A stretch of DNA of 64,000 bases, from positions 192,001 through 256,000 of the forward strand of contig JBGAON010000004.1 in assembly GCA_044221725.1 (NCBI GenBank), written 5' to 3'. This document shows positions 36,661-45,893 of this stretch, in pieces; positions within the stretch are counted from its first letter, which is position 1, and each line of letters begins with the position of its first letter. The notes under the pieces are model-generated. The model was given only the letters and a program-made list of their open reading frames with translations, was not told the DNA's origin and searched no databases. Source of the stretch: Elusimicrobiota bacterium. GTDB taxonomy: Bacteria > Elusimicrobiota > Elusimicrobia > F11. A program made the translations under genes and the position numbers.

Positions 36661-39600
36661 TTAGTGGAAGTTGTGACTGACCACGGGGGGTGCGGCGATG
36701 GGAGAAAGTTTTGTCACGCGCACGGAGCACAGGTCGGCGGTTTTTTGGAGGACGCCTTCGATTATGATGGCGCCGGCTTCGAGTAGCGTGGCGCGGTAGC
36801 TGTCGAACAAATCGGGGCGCACGATGCCTTGCACCATGCCGAACTCGTCTTCGAGCGTGAGAAATACAAAACCTTTCGCGGTGCCGGGACGTTGCCGAAC
36901 GATGACGGCGCCGGCCGTTTTTACGTAGGTACCGTCTTTTATTTTTAGAAGGTCGTTCGTTGCTAGCACGCCGTCGCGCGTGAGTCGTTCGCGTTCGTGC
37001 TCGAGAAAATGCGCGCCGACCGTGAGAAACGTCGTGCGGTAATCGGCTTTGGTTTTTTCGCGCGCGGACATTTCGGTGAGCGGCGAATCGTTCGGTTGTT
37101 TCAGCCGATCAAAAATGGGGCCCGGTGACCGGTTCACTTGCGCCACTTGCCACAACGCGGCGCGACGTTCGAGACCGAACGATCCGAACGCGCCCGCATG
37201 AGCGAGGTTTGTGAGCTCATCGGGCTTCGCTCCACAGCGGCGTGCCAAATCTTGCACGCCGTCAAACGGATGCTGCGCGCGTTCGTGGGCGATGTGCCGC
37301 GCCAGCGTTTCGCGCAAACCTTTTACGAAACGCAAACCGACGCGGAACGATTGATGGTCGCGCGTAGTGCCCTCGAGTTCGCATTCCCAAAACGAATAAT
37401 TCACATCGATTGGATAAACCTCCACGCCATGACGTTGCGCGTCTTTGACGAGCGTGGCCGGCGAATAAAATCCCATGGGCCACGCGTTCAAGATTGATGC
37501 GGTGAACGCGGCCGGGTGATGCGCTTTCAAATACGCGCTCGCGTACGCAATCAGCGCGAACGACGCCGCGTGCGATTCGGGAAATCCGTACAACGCGAAC
37601 GCCGTGATGAGATCGGTAATTTTGTTTTGCGCGGCCCCGGTAATGCCGTTTTTTTCCATGCCGGCGCGCACCCGCTTTTCAATCGCTTCCATGCGCTCTT
37701 CGGAACGTTTAAATCCAATCGCCCGTCGCAATTCTTCGGCTTCGCCACCGGTGAAACCGGCCGCAACCATCGCCATGCGAATTATTTGTTCTTGAAAAAG
37801 CGGCACGCCGAGCGTGCGTTTAAGAATGGGCTCCAAGCACGGATGCAAATATTCGACGGATGCTTTACCGGCACGCCGCTCAAAAAACGGGTGCACCATG
37901 CCGCCCACAATTGGCCCGGGTCGAATGATCGCCACTTGCGTCACAAGATCATAAAAGCGCGTGGGCGCCGTGCGTGGCAGGGACGCCATCTGCGCGCGGC
38001 TTTCCACTTGAAACACACCGACCGTGTCGGCCGCGCGCAACATTTCAAACACTTTCGGATCGTCTTGCGGCAAATGCGCGAGATCGACGTGCACATTTTC
38101 ATGTCGGAGAATGCGCGGTAGCGCGTCTTCAATCGCGGCCAACATGCCGAGTCCGAGCAAATCAATTTTGATGAGGCCCAAATCCGCGCAATCTTCTTTG
38201 TCCCATTGAATCACGACGCGGCCCGGCATCGTTGCTTTTTCGAGCGGAACGATCTCGTCCAATCGGTTGCGGGCGAGCACCATGCCGCCCGAGTGTTGGC
38301 CCAGATGGCGCGGCAGTCCCAACAGGCGCAACCACTGGCCGATCATGCGGCGCACGCGCGGATCGTTCGGATCCAAACCGGCGCCCACAATGCGCGACGC
38401 GAGCAGCCCCGGTCGACTTTTGATTTCGCTCGGCTCGAGCGCACCCACGAAACTCGACAGCTTGCCCACCTGTTCGAGTGAATAACCAAAAGCTTTGCTC
38501 ACATCGCGAATCGCGGATTTTCCGCGGTACGTGATCACGTTCGCGGTCATCGCCGCGCCGTGCACGCCGTACTTCTCGTACAAATGTTGAATCACGCGTT
38601 CGCGTTGATTGCCCGACGGCAAATCCAAATCGATGTCGGGCCACTCGCCGCGTTCTTCGGACAAAAATCGCTCGAACAGCAAATCCATTTTGATCGGATC
38701 AATCGCCGTGATGGAAAGCGCGTAACACACGGCGCTGTTCGCGGCCGACCCCCGTCCTTGCACAAGAATCTTTTTTTCCTGACAGAACTCGACGATGTCG
38801 CGCACGATGAGAAAGTAACCGGCCAAATTTAATTTCTCGATCACGTCCAACTCTTTCGCAATTTGCGCGCGCGCCCGCTCCGTGAGCGGTGTGAACCGTT
38901 CTTCGGCGCAGCGCCATGTGAGTCGGCGTAAATACGAGATCGGTGTGTCGCCTTTGGGTAACGGATAATCGGGGAATTCATAACCGAGGTCGGCCAGCGT
39001 GAACCGCAGCCGCTCGCCGAGTTCGGTAGTGCCGCGCAATGCTTCGGGAAGATCGGAAAAATACGCGTTCATCTCGGCCGCGCTTTTCACGTGACGTTCG
39101 CGGTTCACGGCGAGGAGAGCCCGTGATGCATCAAGCGTGGTGCCGTGACGAACGCAGGTCATCACATCGAACAATTCTTTGTTCGCGCGCCGCGCGTAAC
39201 GCGTGCCGTTCGTGGCCACGAGCGGAAGTTTTTCGTGCGCCGCGAGCGCGACCAGCGTTTGGTTGCGACGTTCTTGATCGCGCCGGTGGTGACGTTGAAT
39301 TTCCATATGCAATCGGCCTGCGTAAATGGAGGACAACCGGTCCACTAGTTTCGGGAGCGTTTCGTGCGGCGTGTTTAAGGACGGCGTGAGCAGTTGATGA
39401 AACGGTCCTTCATCGCCGCCGGTCAAACAATGAAGTCCATCGGCGTACAGCGCCAGCTGTTCCCAGGTGGCGGCCGATTTTCCTTTTTCGCTCGCGAGCG
39501 CGGCCGTGGTGAGAAGGCGGCACAAATTTTTGTAACCGGTGCGGTTTTCGACCAAAAGCGTCAGCCGCGACCGCAACGCGGACGGCCCCAGTTCTTCAAG

Positions 39601-39816
39601 ATTTAATGTGACCTCGGCGCCCACGAGCGCGCGCACGTTCGCGCGTCGCGCGGCCTGATAAAAGCGCGGCGCGCCATACACGCCGTCTTTATCGACGAGC
39701 GCAATCGCCGACAAATTTTTTTCAACCGCGGCCTCAATCAATGTTTCCGGTTCCGACGCGCCTTCGAGAAAAGAAAACGCCGATGCCGCGTGCAGTTCAA
39801 TGTACGGAGCGTTCAT
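36661..39816 (-). CDS. dnaE2: Error-prone DNA polymerase DnaE2 (ImuC)
   Basis: ELHAASAFSFLEGAS, GRGSAANS, PDIDLD, PRHLGQHSGG, FQVESRAQ, YGFPESHAASFA, RQRPGTAKG, terminal SHNFH; TGATG overlap with imuB. Confidence 0.96.
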   Translation of the reverse strand: MNAPYIELHAASAFSFLEGASEPETLIEAAVEKNLSAIALVDKDGVYGAPRFYQAARRANVRALVGAEVTLNLEELGPSALRSRLTLLVENRTGYKNLCRLLTTAALASEKGKSAATWEQLALYADGLHCLTGGDEGPFHQLLTPSLNTPHETLPKLVDRLSSIYAGRLHMEIQRHHRRDQERRNQTLVALAAHEKLPLVATNGTRYARRANKELFDVMTCVRHGTTLDASRALLAVNRERHVKSAAEMNAYFSDLPEALRGTTELGERLRFTLADLGYEFPDYPLPKGDTPISYLRRLTWRCAEERFTPLTERARAQIAKELDVIEKLNLAGYFLIVRDIVEFCQEKKILVQGRGSAANSAVCYALSITAIDPIKMDLLFERFLSEERGEWPDIDLDLPSGNQRERVIQHLYEKYGVHGAAMTANVITYRGKSAIRDVSKAFGYSLEQVGKLSSFVGALEPSEIKSRPGLLASRIVGAGLDPNDPRVRRMIGQWLRLLGLPRHLGQHSGGMVLARNRLDEIVPLEKATMPGRVVIQWDKEDCADLGLIKIDLLGLGMLAAIEDALPRILRHENVHVDLAHLPQDDPKVFEMLRAADTVGVFQVESRAQMASLPRTAPTRFYDLVTQVAIIRPGPIVGGMVHPFFERRAGKASVEYLHPCLEPILKRTLGVPLFQEQIIRMAMVAAGFTGGEAEELRRAIGFKRSEERMEAIEKRVRAGMEKNGITGAAQNKITDLITAFALYGFPESHAASFALIAYASAYLKAHHPAAFTASILNAWPMGFYSPATLVKDAQRHGVEVYPIDVNYSFWECELEGTTRDHQSFRVGLRFVKGLRETLARHIAHERAQHPFDGVQDLARRCGAKPDELTNLAHAGAFGSFGLERRAALWQVAQVNRSPGPIFDRLKQPNDSPLTEMSAREKTKADYRTTFLTVGAHFLEHERERLTRDGVLATNDLLKIKDGTYVKTAGAVIVRQRPGTAKGFVFLTLEDEFGMVQGIVRPDLFDSYRATLLEAGAIIIEGVLQKTADLCSVRVTKLSPIAAPPVVSHNFH

Positions 39817-41321
39817 CAGTCGTACATCCCGTCGACAAACCACGCGTTGCGCACGGAATCGTGATAAATGCGGTAAAGCGAACGGTCGCTGAGCGCCACG
39901 TCCCAATACGCGCGCCGTTCCAATGTTTCGGTCCACCACGCGTCTTCAATAAGCCACGGGCCGGCCGCGCGTTCCACGGTTCCTTCGATGCGGTAGCGGT
40001 CCGCGTGTTTTGTGCGCACGCGCACCGGTCGTTGCGGGGATCCGTTCACAAGCACATCAATCGGAACAGCCGGGCGGAACACACGCACTTCGGCGAGCGT
40101 GCGAGAAGAAGGAATCTTTTTTTCGTCAAAGAACAATTTTTCGGTCGGCGGCCGGAACGGTTGTAACGCGAAGCGTTCGGGGCACGGACCGTCAACCGCG
40201 CGCGGTGACCCCACGCGGTCCGCGCCGAGCATCGCGACGAGCCGCGCCGTGGCCGTGTTCAGTGCATCGTTTGACAATGCGGGCGGACCAAACAACGACA
40301 ATTGTTGCGCGCGCGGACGCTCGGGTTCAACGCTCACGCGAATCATGGAGACCGGCCCGGTCAACGGACGCCGTTCGAGCTCCGCGCGAATCAGTGTGAG
40401 CAACACCGCGCTGTCGCGTGTGGGCGCCGGCAAATCGAGCGCGCGTTGTTCGTGTCCTTGCGGTTCGATGCGCATAAAAATTTCGAGACGGCGACACGCG
40501 AGTGCTTGTAGATTCAATCGCGCCAACAAACGCTCGAGCAAACCGCGTAGCGCGATGAGAAATGGCTCCATCTCCCCGATTTCCCATTCGAGTTCGACGC
40601 CTTCCACGTACGTGAGCGTGTGCGGACGTGGTACGAGCGGCTCGGCGTCCCCGCCGCGCGCTTGTTTGTGGAGTTGCCCACCTTCTTTGCCGAGCCGCAC
40701 GAGCACATCGCGCTCGGACAATTTCGCGAAGTCACCAATCGTGCGCACGCCCCACTTTTCAAACAAATTTGACAACGCGAGCGAAAGCGGCAATTGCTCG
40801 ATCGGCAGCGCATCGAGAAACTTTCGTTCGTGGCCGGCTTCGACAACAATCACGTCGCGCGCGCGCTGCGCCGCGATGCGCGCAACGAGTTTGCTGCTGG
40901 CCGCGCCCGCGCGCACGAACAAGTCCAATTTGCGCGCGCGTCGCACCGCGTTGTCGGCCAAAAATTGTTCGTGCGAATCCTGATAGGTGTCCAAGTAAAC
41001 AATTCCGTCGCCGCCATCTTCGACGCGCGGCGAAAACGCTTCGGCCACTTCAATGAGCGCTCGTTGGCAGCCTTTCTCGGCTTCGGCATCGCGCGCGCGG
41101 AATGCTACGTGCGGCGCAATCGCTTTCGCTTGCGGAATCGAAAGTCCGACGAACAGGCCGGCGGCTTCGGCGGAGGGGGAAATAGAAGCCACACGCGCCT
41201 GAGGGGTGGTGCCACTCACCATGGCCACGGGTTCCGAGCGACGCTCCGGGTTCGCGCGCACGTACGCGGCCCACGGGAAGCACGGGATATAGAGACAAAG
41301 CAATCGTGTGGAAGATACCAT
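39816..41321 (-). CDS. imuB: Y-family polymerase-like ImuB
   Basis: FSPRVE, LPIEQL, WGVRTIGDF, QQLSLF clamp-binding motif, AGPW....WW, WFVDGMYD; lies between imuA and dnaE2. Confidence 0.9.
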   Translation of the reverse strand: MVSSTRLLCLYIPCFPWAAYVRANPERRSEPVAMVSGTTPQARVASISPSAEAAGLFVGLSIPQAKAIAPHVAFRARDAEAEKGCQRALIEVAEAFSPRVEDGGDGIVYLDTYQDSHEQFLADNAVRRARKLDLFVRAGAASSKLVARIAAQRARDVIVVEAGHERKFLDALPIEQLPLSLALSNLFEKWGVRTIGDFAKLSERDVLVRLGKEGGQLHKQARGGDAEPLVPRPHTLTYVEGVELEWEIGEMEPFLIALRGLLERLLARLNLQALACRRLEIFMRIEPQGHEQRALDLPAPTRDSAVLLTLIRAELERRPLTGPVSMIRVSVEPERPRAQQLSLFGPPALSNDALNTATARLVAMLGADRVGSPRAVDGPCPERFALQPFRPPTEKLFFDEKKIPSSRTLAEVRVFRPAVPIDVLVNGSPQRPVRVRTKHADRYRIEGTVERAAGPWLIEDAWWTETLERRAYWDVALSDRSLYRIYHDSVRNAWFVDGMYD

Positions 41322-41330
41322 CGCACGCTC

Positions 41331-42041
41331 TCACGTGTTCGGTCGAACCGCGAGCGACAAACGTTTTGGTCGCGTGAGCGCGGCGCCGCGTTGGCGGATC
41401 ATTTTCATTTGTACGGACAGCCCTTCGAGCAACTGCCACGAACTTGTGGGGTTTGTCCAATGGCTCGCGAGCGCGGACGTTTCGATGCACAGGTCGGCCG
41501 CCGTGCTCGCAATTCGGTGCGGCGAGAAAACAAACGCAATGCTGTCGTGTGTTTTCGTTTCGCGCGCGATGCGCCGCCATGCGGCGTCGTTCGTGGGGGC
41601 GAGCCTCATTGGTTTAATCCCTAAGTCCAACATCACCATGCGGAAGCCGGCGTTCAGAACAATTTCGGTGCTTTTAAGCGCGTCGGTGAATTTCATGGGT
41701 CGCACCCAAAATACGTGCTCGAGTTGCACGCCCGCGTCTTGGGCGCCCGTCGGATCAAAATGATCGCCCCAATCGATGAGCGCGGCGTTTTCTCCGCTAG
41801 AGGTGGCCGCGGCCAAAAGCGCGATCTCCAGTGAAAATTTTCCGCTGGATCCGTTGCCGGTGATTTCGACGAGAGAGCCGCGCGGCAAGCCGCCGTTCAA
41901 TTGATCGAACGCGGGCACGCGGCTTAAAAAAACCGGGCGTTGATGTTCGGTGTGGCGGGCGTTTAAGAAATAACTTCCGGTGTTCAGGACGCTCGGTTCA
42001 AACGACGCCAACAACTTTGCTAATGATTCGGCCGTGTTCAT
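41331..42041 (-). CDS. imuA: RecA-like ImuA
   Basis: GGLPRGSLVEITG..SSGK, ALID..D.FDP..A..AGV.L, MVMLD; position upstream of imuB. Confidence 0.85.
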   Translation of the reverse strand: MNTAESLAKLLASFEPSVLNTGSYFLNARHTEHQRPVFLSRVPAFDQLNGGLPRGSLVEITGNGSSGKFSLEIALLAAATSSGENAALIDWGDHFDPTGAQDAGVQLEHVFWVRPMKFTDALKSTEIVLNAGFRMVMLDLGIKPMRLAPTNDAAWRRIARETKTHDSIAFVFSPHRIASTAADLCIETSALASHWTNPTSSWQLLEGLSVQMKMIRQRGAALTRPKRLSLAVRPNT

Positions 42042-42132
42042 GCGATGATTCCTTGTGGCTCGAACCGAGGGTTTTCGAGGTGCAGAAAAGATTATCGCAA
42101 ATGAAGTCAAGTGCTGCTGCCAACGGAGCGCA

Positions 42133-42753
42133 TCAATGTTCGGTCGGAATTTTTTTGATGAGCTTTGCGATAATGCGCAAATCGTTCACGAACGCGGCGT
42201 GTTCGCGGTGGCGCGCCGCATCGTCGGGGGCGCGTAGAATGGAAGACGGGTGAACCGTCGCGATCACGACCGGTGCCCATTTTGATGCCACCGGTTTGCC
42301 GCGACTTTTCGTCACGCGAAAATCTTTTCCGAGCAACGTTTGCGCGGCGGTCGATCCCAAACACACGAGTACTTTTGGTTTGAGCGCCGCGAGTTCGGCT
42401 TCGAGCCACGGCATGCACGCTTGGATTTCAATACGGTTCGGTTTCTGGTGAATGCGACGCTGGCCGCGCGGTTCCCATTTGAAATGTTTGATGGTGTTCG
42501 TGACGTAAGCCGCGCTGCGATCAATGCCCGCTTCTTCGAGCGCTGCATCGAGCAGTGCGCCGGCCGGGCCCACAAACGGTTTGCCCGCGAGATCTTCTTT
42601 GTCGCCGGGTTGTTCGCCCACAAACATCACGGTGGCCGTGCTTTTTCCTTCACCGAAAACAGTTTGCGTTCCCGTTTTCCACAAATGACAAGCGCGGCAA
42701 CCGGCGGCCTTTTTGCGCAACGCATCAAGCGTGCCACGAACGAGCGTGTCCAT
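42133..42753 (-). CDS. udgX: UdgX-family uracil-DNA binding protein (family 4 UDG, Fe-S)
   Basis: CRAC.LW..GTQTVFGEG, VGEQPGD.ED, KHFKW..RG.RRIH.KP (R-loop), TVHPSS.LR. Confidence 0.9.
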   Translation of the reverse strand: MDTLVRGTLDALRKKAAGCRACHLWKTGTQTVFGEGKSTATVMFVGEQPGDKEDLAGKPFVGPAGALLDAALEEAGIDRSAAYVTNTIKHFKWEPRGQRRIHQKPNRIEIQACMPWLEAELAALKPKVLVCLGSTAAQTLLGKDFRVTKSRGKPVASKWAPVVIATVHPSSILRAPDDAARHREHAAFVNDLRIIAKLIKKIPTEH

Positions 42754-42801
42754 GGCTGTGTTACGAAAGAAATGTTTTTTGGTTGGCTAAGAGAGGAAAG
42801 A

Positions 42802-42960
42802 CTATTTCGTTACGAAAAGCTTGGTAACTTTTCCATTTTTCCAGACAATCATTGGAAGTCCGGCGCGCTTGTGATCTTCTTTTACTTTCACGGCCACTTC
42901 TCTTAAAGCTTTTTCCGCTTTTTTAAAGAGTAAAGGCTTGGTAATTTTCTTTTTTTTCAT
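42802..42960 (-). CDS. Small basic protein, 52 aa (not in the ORF track)
   Basis: Manual translation MKKKKITKPLLFKKAEKALREVAVKVKEDHKRAGLPMIVWKNGKVTKLFVTK; fills the intergenic gap and is co-oriented with its neighbours. Confidence 0.65.
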   Translation of the reverse strand: MKKKKITKPLLFKKAEKALREVAVKVKEDHKRAGLPMIVWKNGKVTKLFVTK

Positions 42961-43014
42961 TGTCCCACCACGTACAAATGACGTTGCGAGTCGCTAATGG
43001 TTATTGCTCCGTCA

Positions 43015-43629
43015 TCACAACTTCAGCGTTTCTGCGACGGACGTGATCGGGTTTGGTAGGATTTTTTTGAGCAGGCCGTCTTGCAGGCTATAGGCCCAGC
43101 CGTGCACGGCCAGTTTGCGTTCTTTCCACGCGCCTTCGACGATCGTTGACTCGCACACGTTGCGCACTTGTTCGATGATGTTTAGTTCGCACAAGCGTTG
43201 CGCGCGCGCGTCATCGTTTTTCAGTTTCGCGAGCTCATCGGAAAATTTGTCGCGCACGTCGGCCAAATGACGCAGCCAATTGTTCACGAGCCCCATGTCA
43301 CGTTTTTCAATGACCGCTCGCACGCCGCCGCATCCGTAATGGCCGCACACAATAATGTGCTCCACCTTCAAAACATCCACAGCGAACTGAATGACCGACA
43401 AACAGTTCAGATCGGTGTGAACCACGAGATTTGCCACGTTGCGGTGCACGAACATCTCGCCGGGCAGAAGCCCCACTATTTCGTTGGCGGGCACGCGGCT
43501 ATCGGAGCAGCCGATCCACAGATGTTTCGGCGCTTGTTGTTCGGAAAGCCGCCGAAAAAAATTCGCGTCTTGTTGCGTCATGCGCTTCGACCACGCACGG
43601 TTGTTCTCAAAAAGGTTTTCTAGTTTCAT
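43015..43629 (-). CDS. can: Beta-class carbonic anhydrase
   Basis: WIGCSDSRVP, FVHRNVAN, CGHYGCGG. Confidence 0.96.
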   Translation of the reverse strand: MKLENLFENNRAWSKRMTQQDANFFRRLSEQQAPKHLWIGCSDSRVPANEIVGLLPGEMFVHRNVANLVVHTDLNCLSVIQFAVDVLKVEHIIVCGHYGCGGVRAVIEKRDMGLVNNWLRHLADVRDKFSDELAKLKNDDARAQRLCELNIIEQVRNVCESTIVEGAWKERKLAVHGWAYSLQDGLLKKILPNPITSVAETLKL

Positions 43630-43658
43630 GGCGGCGATTCTAATTTGTTTTGGAGAGA

Positions 43659-45605
43659 TTAACGAATAACGGCGAGCGTGCCGCGTTGATGCGAGCCCAC
43701 GGCATCGGTGAGATAAAAATAAAGACCGGCGGCCACCTGTTCACCGTGATCGTTCGTGAGATCCCAGTTCGCCACGCCGGCGGCAGGTTGAACGCGGCGC
43801 ACGAATTTTCCGGCCACCGTAAAAATTTTTACTTCTTTTTCGGAGACGCCATAAAAATTAATGCCGCCCGTGTCTTTGCCGGCGGTCCATGGGTTGGGCC
43901 CCACTTTGAATTCGGAAATGGTGAGCGGGGGCGACGGTGATGCCGGCACTTCGGGAATGCTCGGCGCACCCGGTAATGAGGGGGGTGTTGGCCCTGCAAC
44001 AATTGCATAGTTTTGGCCGATGCGCGTGCCCGAGGTTGGATTGATGACGCCCATTGCGAATGTTGCGGGGCGCGCGACGAGTTCCGCCGGAATCGACGCG
44101 CGCAGTTCTTGCGCGCTGACAAACTGGGGCGTGAGGTCGCGGCCGTTAAATCGCACGAGGCTTGCCGGTTCGAATCCGTTTCCCAAAACCGCGAGCATGA
44201 ACGCCGGCGCGCCCGCCGAAACGGCCGGCGGAACCACCGACGTAAGCGTCGGGTTGCCCACCACATAAAAGTCGAGCGTTGATGACAAGCGCGCGTTCTG
44301 CACAACATTCACGCGGCGGCGTCCTTGTTTTTGCAGATGGGTCGCCGGAATCAAAACTTTGATCAGCGTGGGCTCGACCGAGATCGGCGCAAACGGGGCG
44401 CCTGCAAAGAGCACCATGTCGCTGGAGCTGAAACCGCTACCGGAAATTGAAACGATCGTGTCCCCGCTCGCTGTTTTTACCGCGGACGGTTGCAAAACGG
44501 TCAGTTGGGAACCGCTCGGCGGCGACGCGGGCACCGCGAGTCGTGGACAGTCGCCGCGCACGTGCGGTGTGAACCAATTCCATAGCGCGGCGTCGCCGGT
44601 GTTCAAGTGCCACAGATCGATGGCCGGAACATCTTTGCTCATCAACAGCTGCACGCGTTTTTGCGTGCCCATCGCGTCGTCGACCCAAATTTCGTGAACG
44701 GAGTTGTCCGGGGCCGTGTACTGAAAGTGCAACGTGTCTTCGACCGGATCGCGAACAGGAGTGATATTGCGGTCGCGAGCAATCTGCATGGCGTCTTCAA
44801 ACCGAATTAATTTCCCAGACCCTCGCGGCGAGACGGGCCAATCCCATCCGTAAAGACTTAAAAGAATGCGGGCCTTGTTCGCGGGAATCTTGTACGTGGG
44901 GTTTGTCAGGATCGTGTCGGCCAATTTTCCGAGCATCGCGTACGTGATCACCGGCCCGGGCGGGCTTGTGTTGTACGAATAGTAATAGGCCATCACGCGC
45001 AAATAGTCGACATAGGGTTCGATCCCTTTCCAATCCACGGTGTGACCCTGTTCGCCGCCGCCCGGCGTTTTTGGTTGAACCACGGCCGCCAGGCGTTTCT
45101 CTGCGGGCAGCGCCGCGCGCAGCTCTTGCATGAATTGCGTTAACAACGGCGTTGTCGCACGCAGCACATGCTCGTAATCGATTTCGATGCCTTGGCCCAA
45201 CGCGCTGATCGCCACAATTTCTTTAATGTGTTGCGCGCGTTGCACCGGATCGGACAGCACACGTTGAAGCATGGCGCTGTCCCCAAGGTCGGCACAGGGC
45301 CCCGGTGTCGCGCTTAGTTCGTTCACGATATCGATGAGAATAAGACGGTTCGGATCATTAACGAGTTCGCGGGAAATATCATCTTCCCAGGTGCTCTTTG
45401 GCTCCAAATGACAAGAGCCATTGAACTGATACGAGAAGACGTTGATCGCTTGGTAATTGGAACCTTGTTCGTTGATGGTGGATTCACCGCGAACTTGGTC
45501 TGTAATATAACTCGCCGAGCAAAACGTATCGGCCGCCCAGCCTGGCGGCAAGGCGGCCTCGAACAACCACACGCACCAAAAAAAATTCGGAAGCGAGCGG
45601 AACAC
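43659..45605 (-). CDS. Secreted GH18 glycoside hydrolase with two IPT/TIG domains, a Pro-rich linker and a T9SS-CTD/FlgD-like tail
   Basis: GIEIDYE catalytic motif, RVMAY, LYGWDW; Ig-like repeats with G.GF; tail VGPNPW..IFTVAG..VR..WD.TN..GE.VAAGLYFY....LAVIR. Confidence 0.8.
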   Translation of the reverse strand: MFRSLPNFFWCVWLFEAALPPGWAADTFCSASYITDQVRGESTINEQGSNYQAINVFSYQFNGSCHLEPKSTWEDDISRELVNDPNRLILIDIVNELSATPGPCADLGDSAMLQRVLSDPVQRAQHIKEIVAISALGQGIEIDYEHVLRATTPLLTQFMQELRAALPAEKRLAAVVQPKTPGGGEQGHTVDWKGIEPYVDYLRVMAYYYSYNTSPPGPVITYAMLGKLADTILTNPTYKIPANKARILLSLYGWDWPVSPRGSGKLIRFEDAMQIARDRNITPVRDPVEDTLHFQYTAPDNSVHEIWVDDAMGTQKRVQLLMSKDVPAIDLWHLNTGDAALWNWFTPHVRGDCPRLAVPASPPSGSQLTVLQPSAVKTASGDTIVSISGSGFSSSDMVLFAGAPFAPISVEPTLIKVLIPATHLQKQGRRRVNVVQNARLSSTLDFYVVGNPTLTSVVPPAVSAGAPAFMLAVLGNGFEPASLVRFNGRDLTPQFVSAQELRASIPAELVARPATFAMGVINPTSGTRIGQNYAIVAGPTPPSLPGAPSIPEVPASPSPPLTISEFKVGPNPWTAGKDTGGINFYGVSEKEVKIFTVAGKFVRRVQPAAGVANWDLTNDHGEQVAAGLYFYLTDAVGSHQRGTLAVIR

Positions 45606-45616
45606 GAATTCGTTGA

Positions 45617-45835
45617 TTAGCGGTTTGTGGAGCCTGAGTTCGTTGTACCGGACGGCGACCCCGTGGGGCCAGAGGTGCCGGTATCGGAACCGGTGGTTCC
45701 GCCCGACGTGGGCGCTTGAGAGGTACCACCGTACCCCTGATTTTGGGTGGCGCTACCGGTATTGTTACTCGAACTCGGTTGGCAACCGGTAATGCCGATC
45801 GCGGCCAATGCCACAATTGTTAACAGTTTATTCAT
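45617..45835 (-). CDS. Small lipoprotein with low-complexity G/S/T tail
   Basis: AAGGAG RBS; lipobox ITGC; disordered tail. Confidence 0.75.
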   Translation of the reverse strand: MNKLLTIVALAAIGITGCQPSSSNNTGSATQNQGYGGTSQAPTSGGTTGSDTGTSGPTGSPSGTTNSGSTNR

Positions 45836-45893
45836 AAGACACTCCTTCGATTGACTGCTAACACTACGGATCGCGGGAACGGTGGTTCAGCGT

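Noticed and set aside
39817..39939. Longer dnaE2 start given in the ORF track
   Set aside because: It overlaps the imuB 3' end; TGATG coupling at 39816 and the PHP-domain start support the shorter form.
45617..45790. Low-complexity G/S/T stretch as a DNA repeat or array
   Set aside because: It is explained by a disordered lipoprotein tail; there is no regular nucleotide repeat unit.
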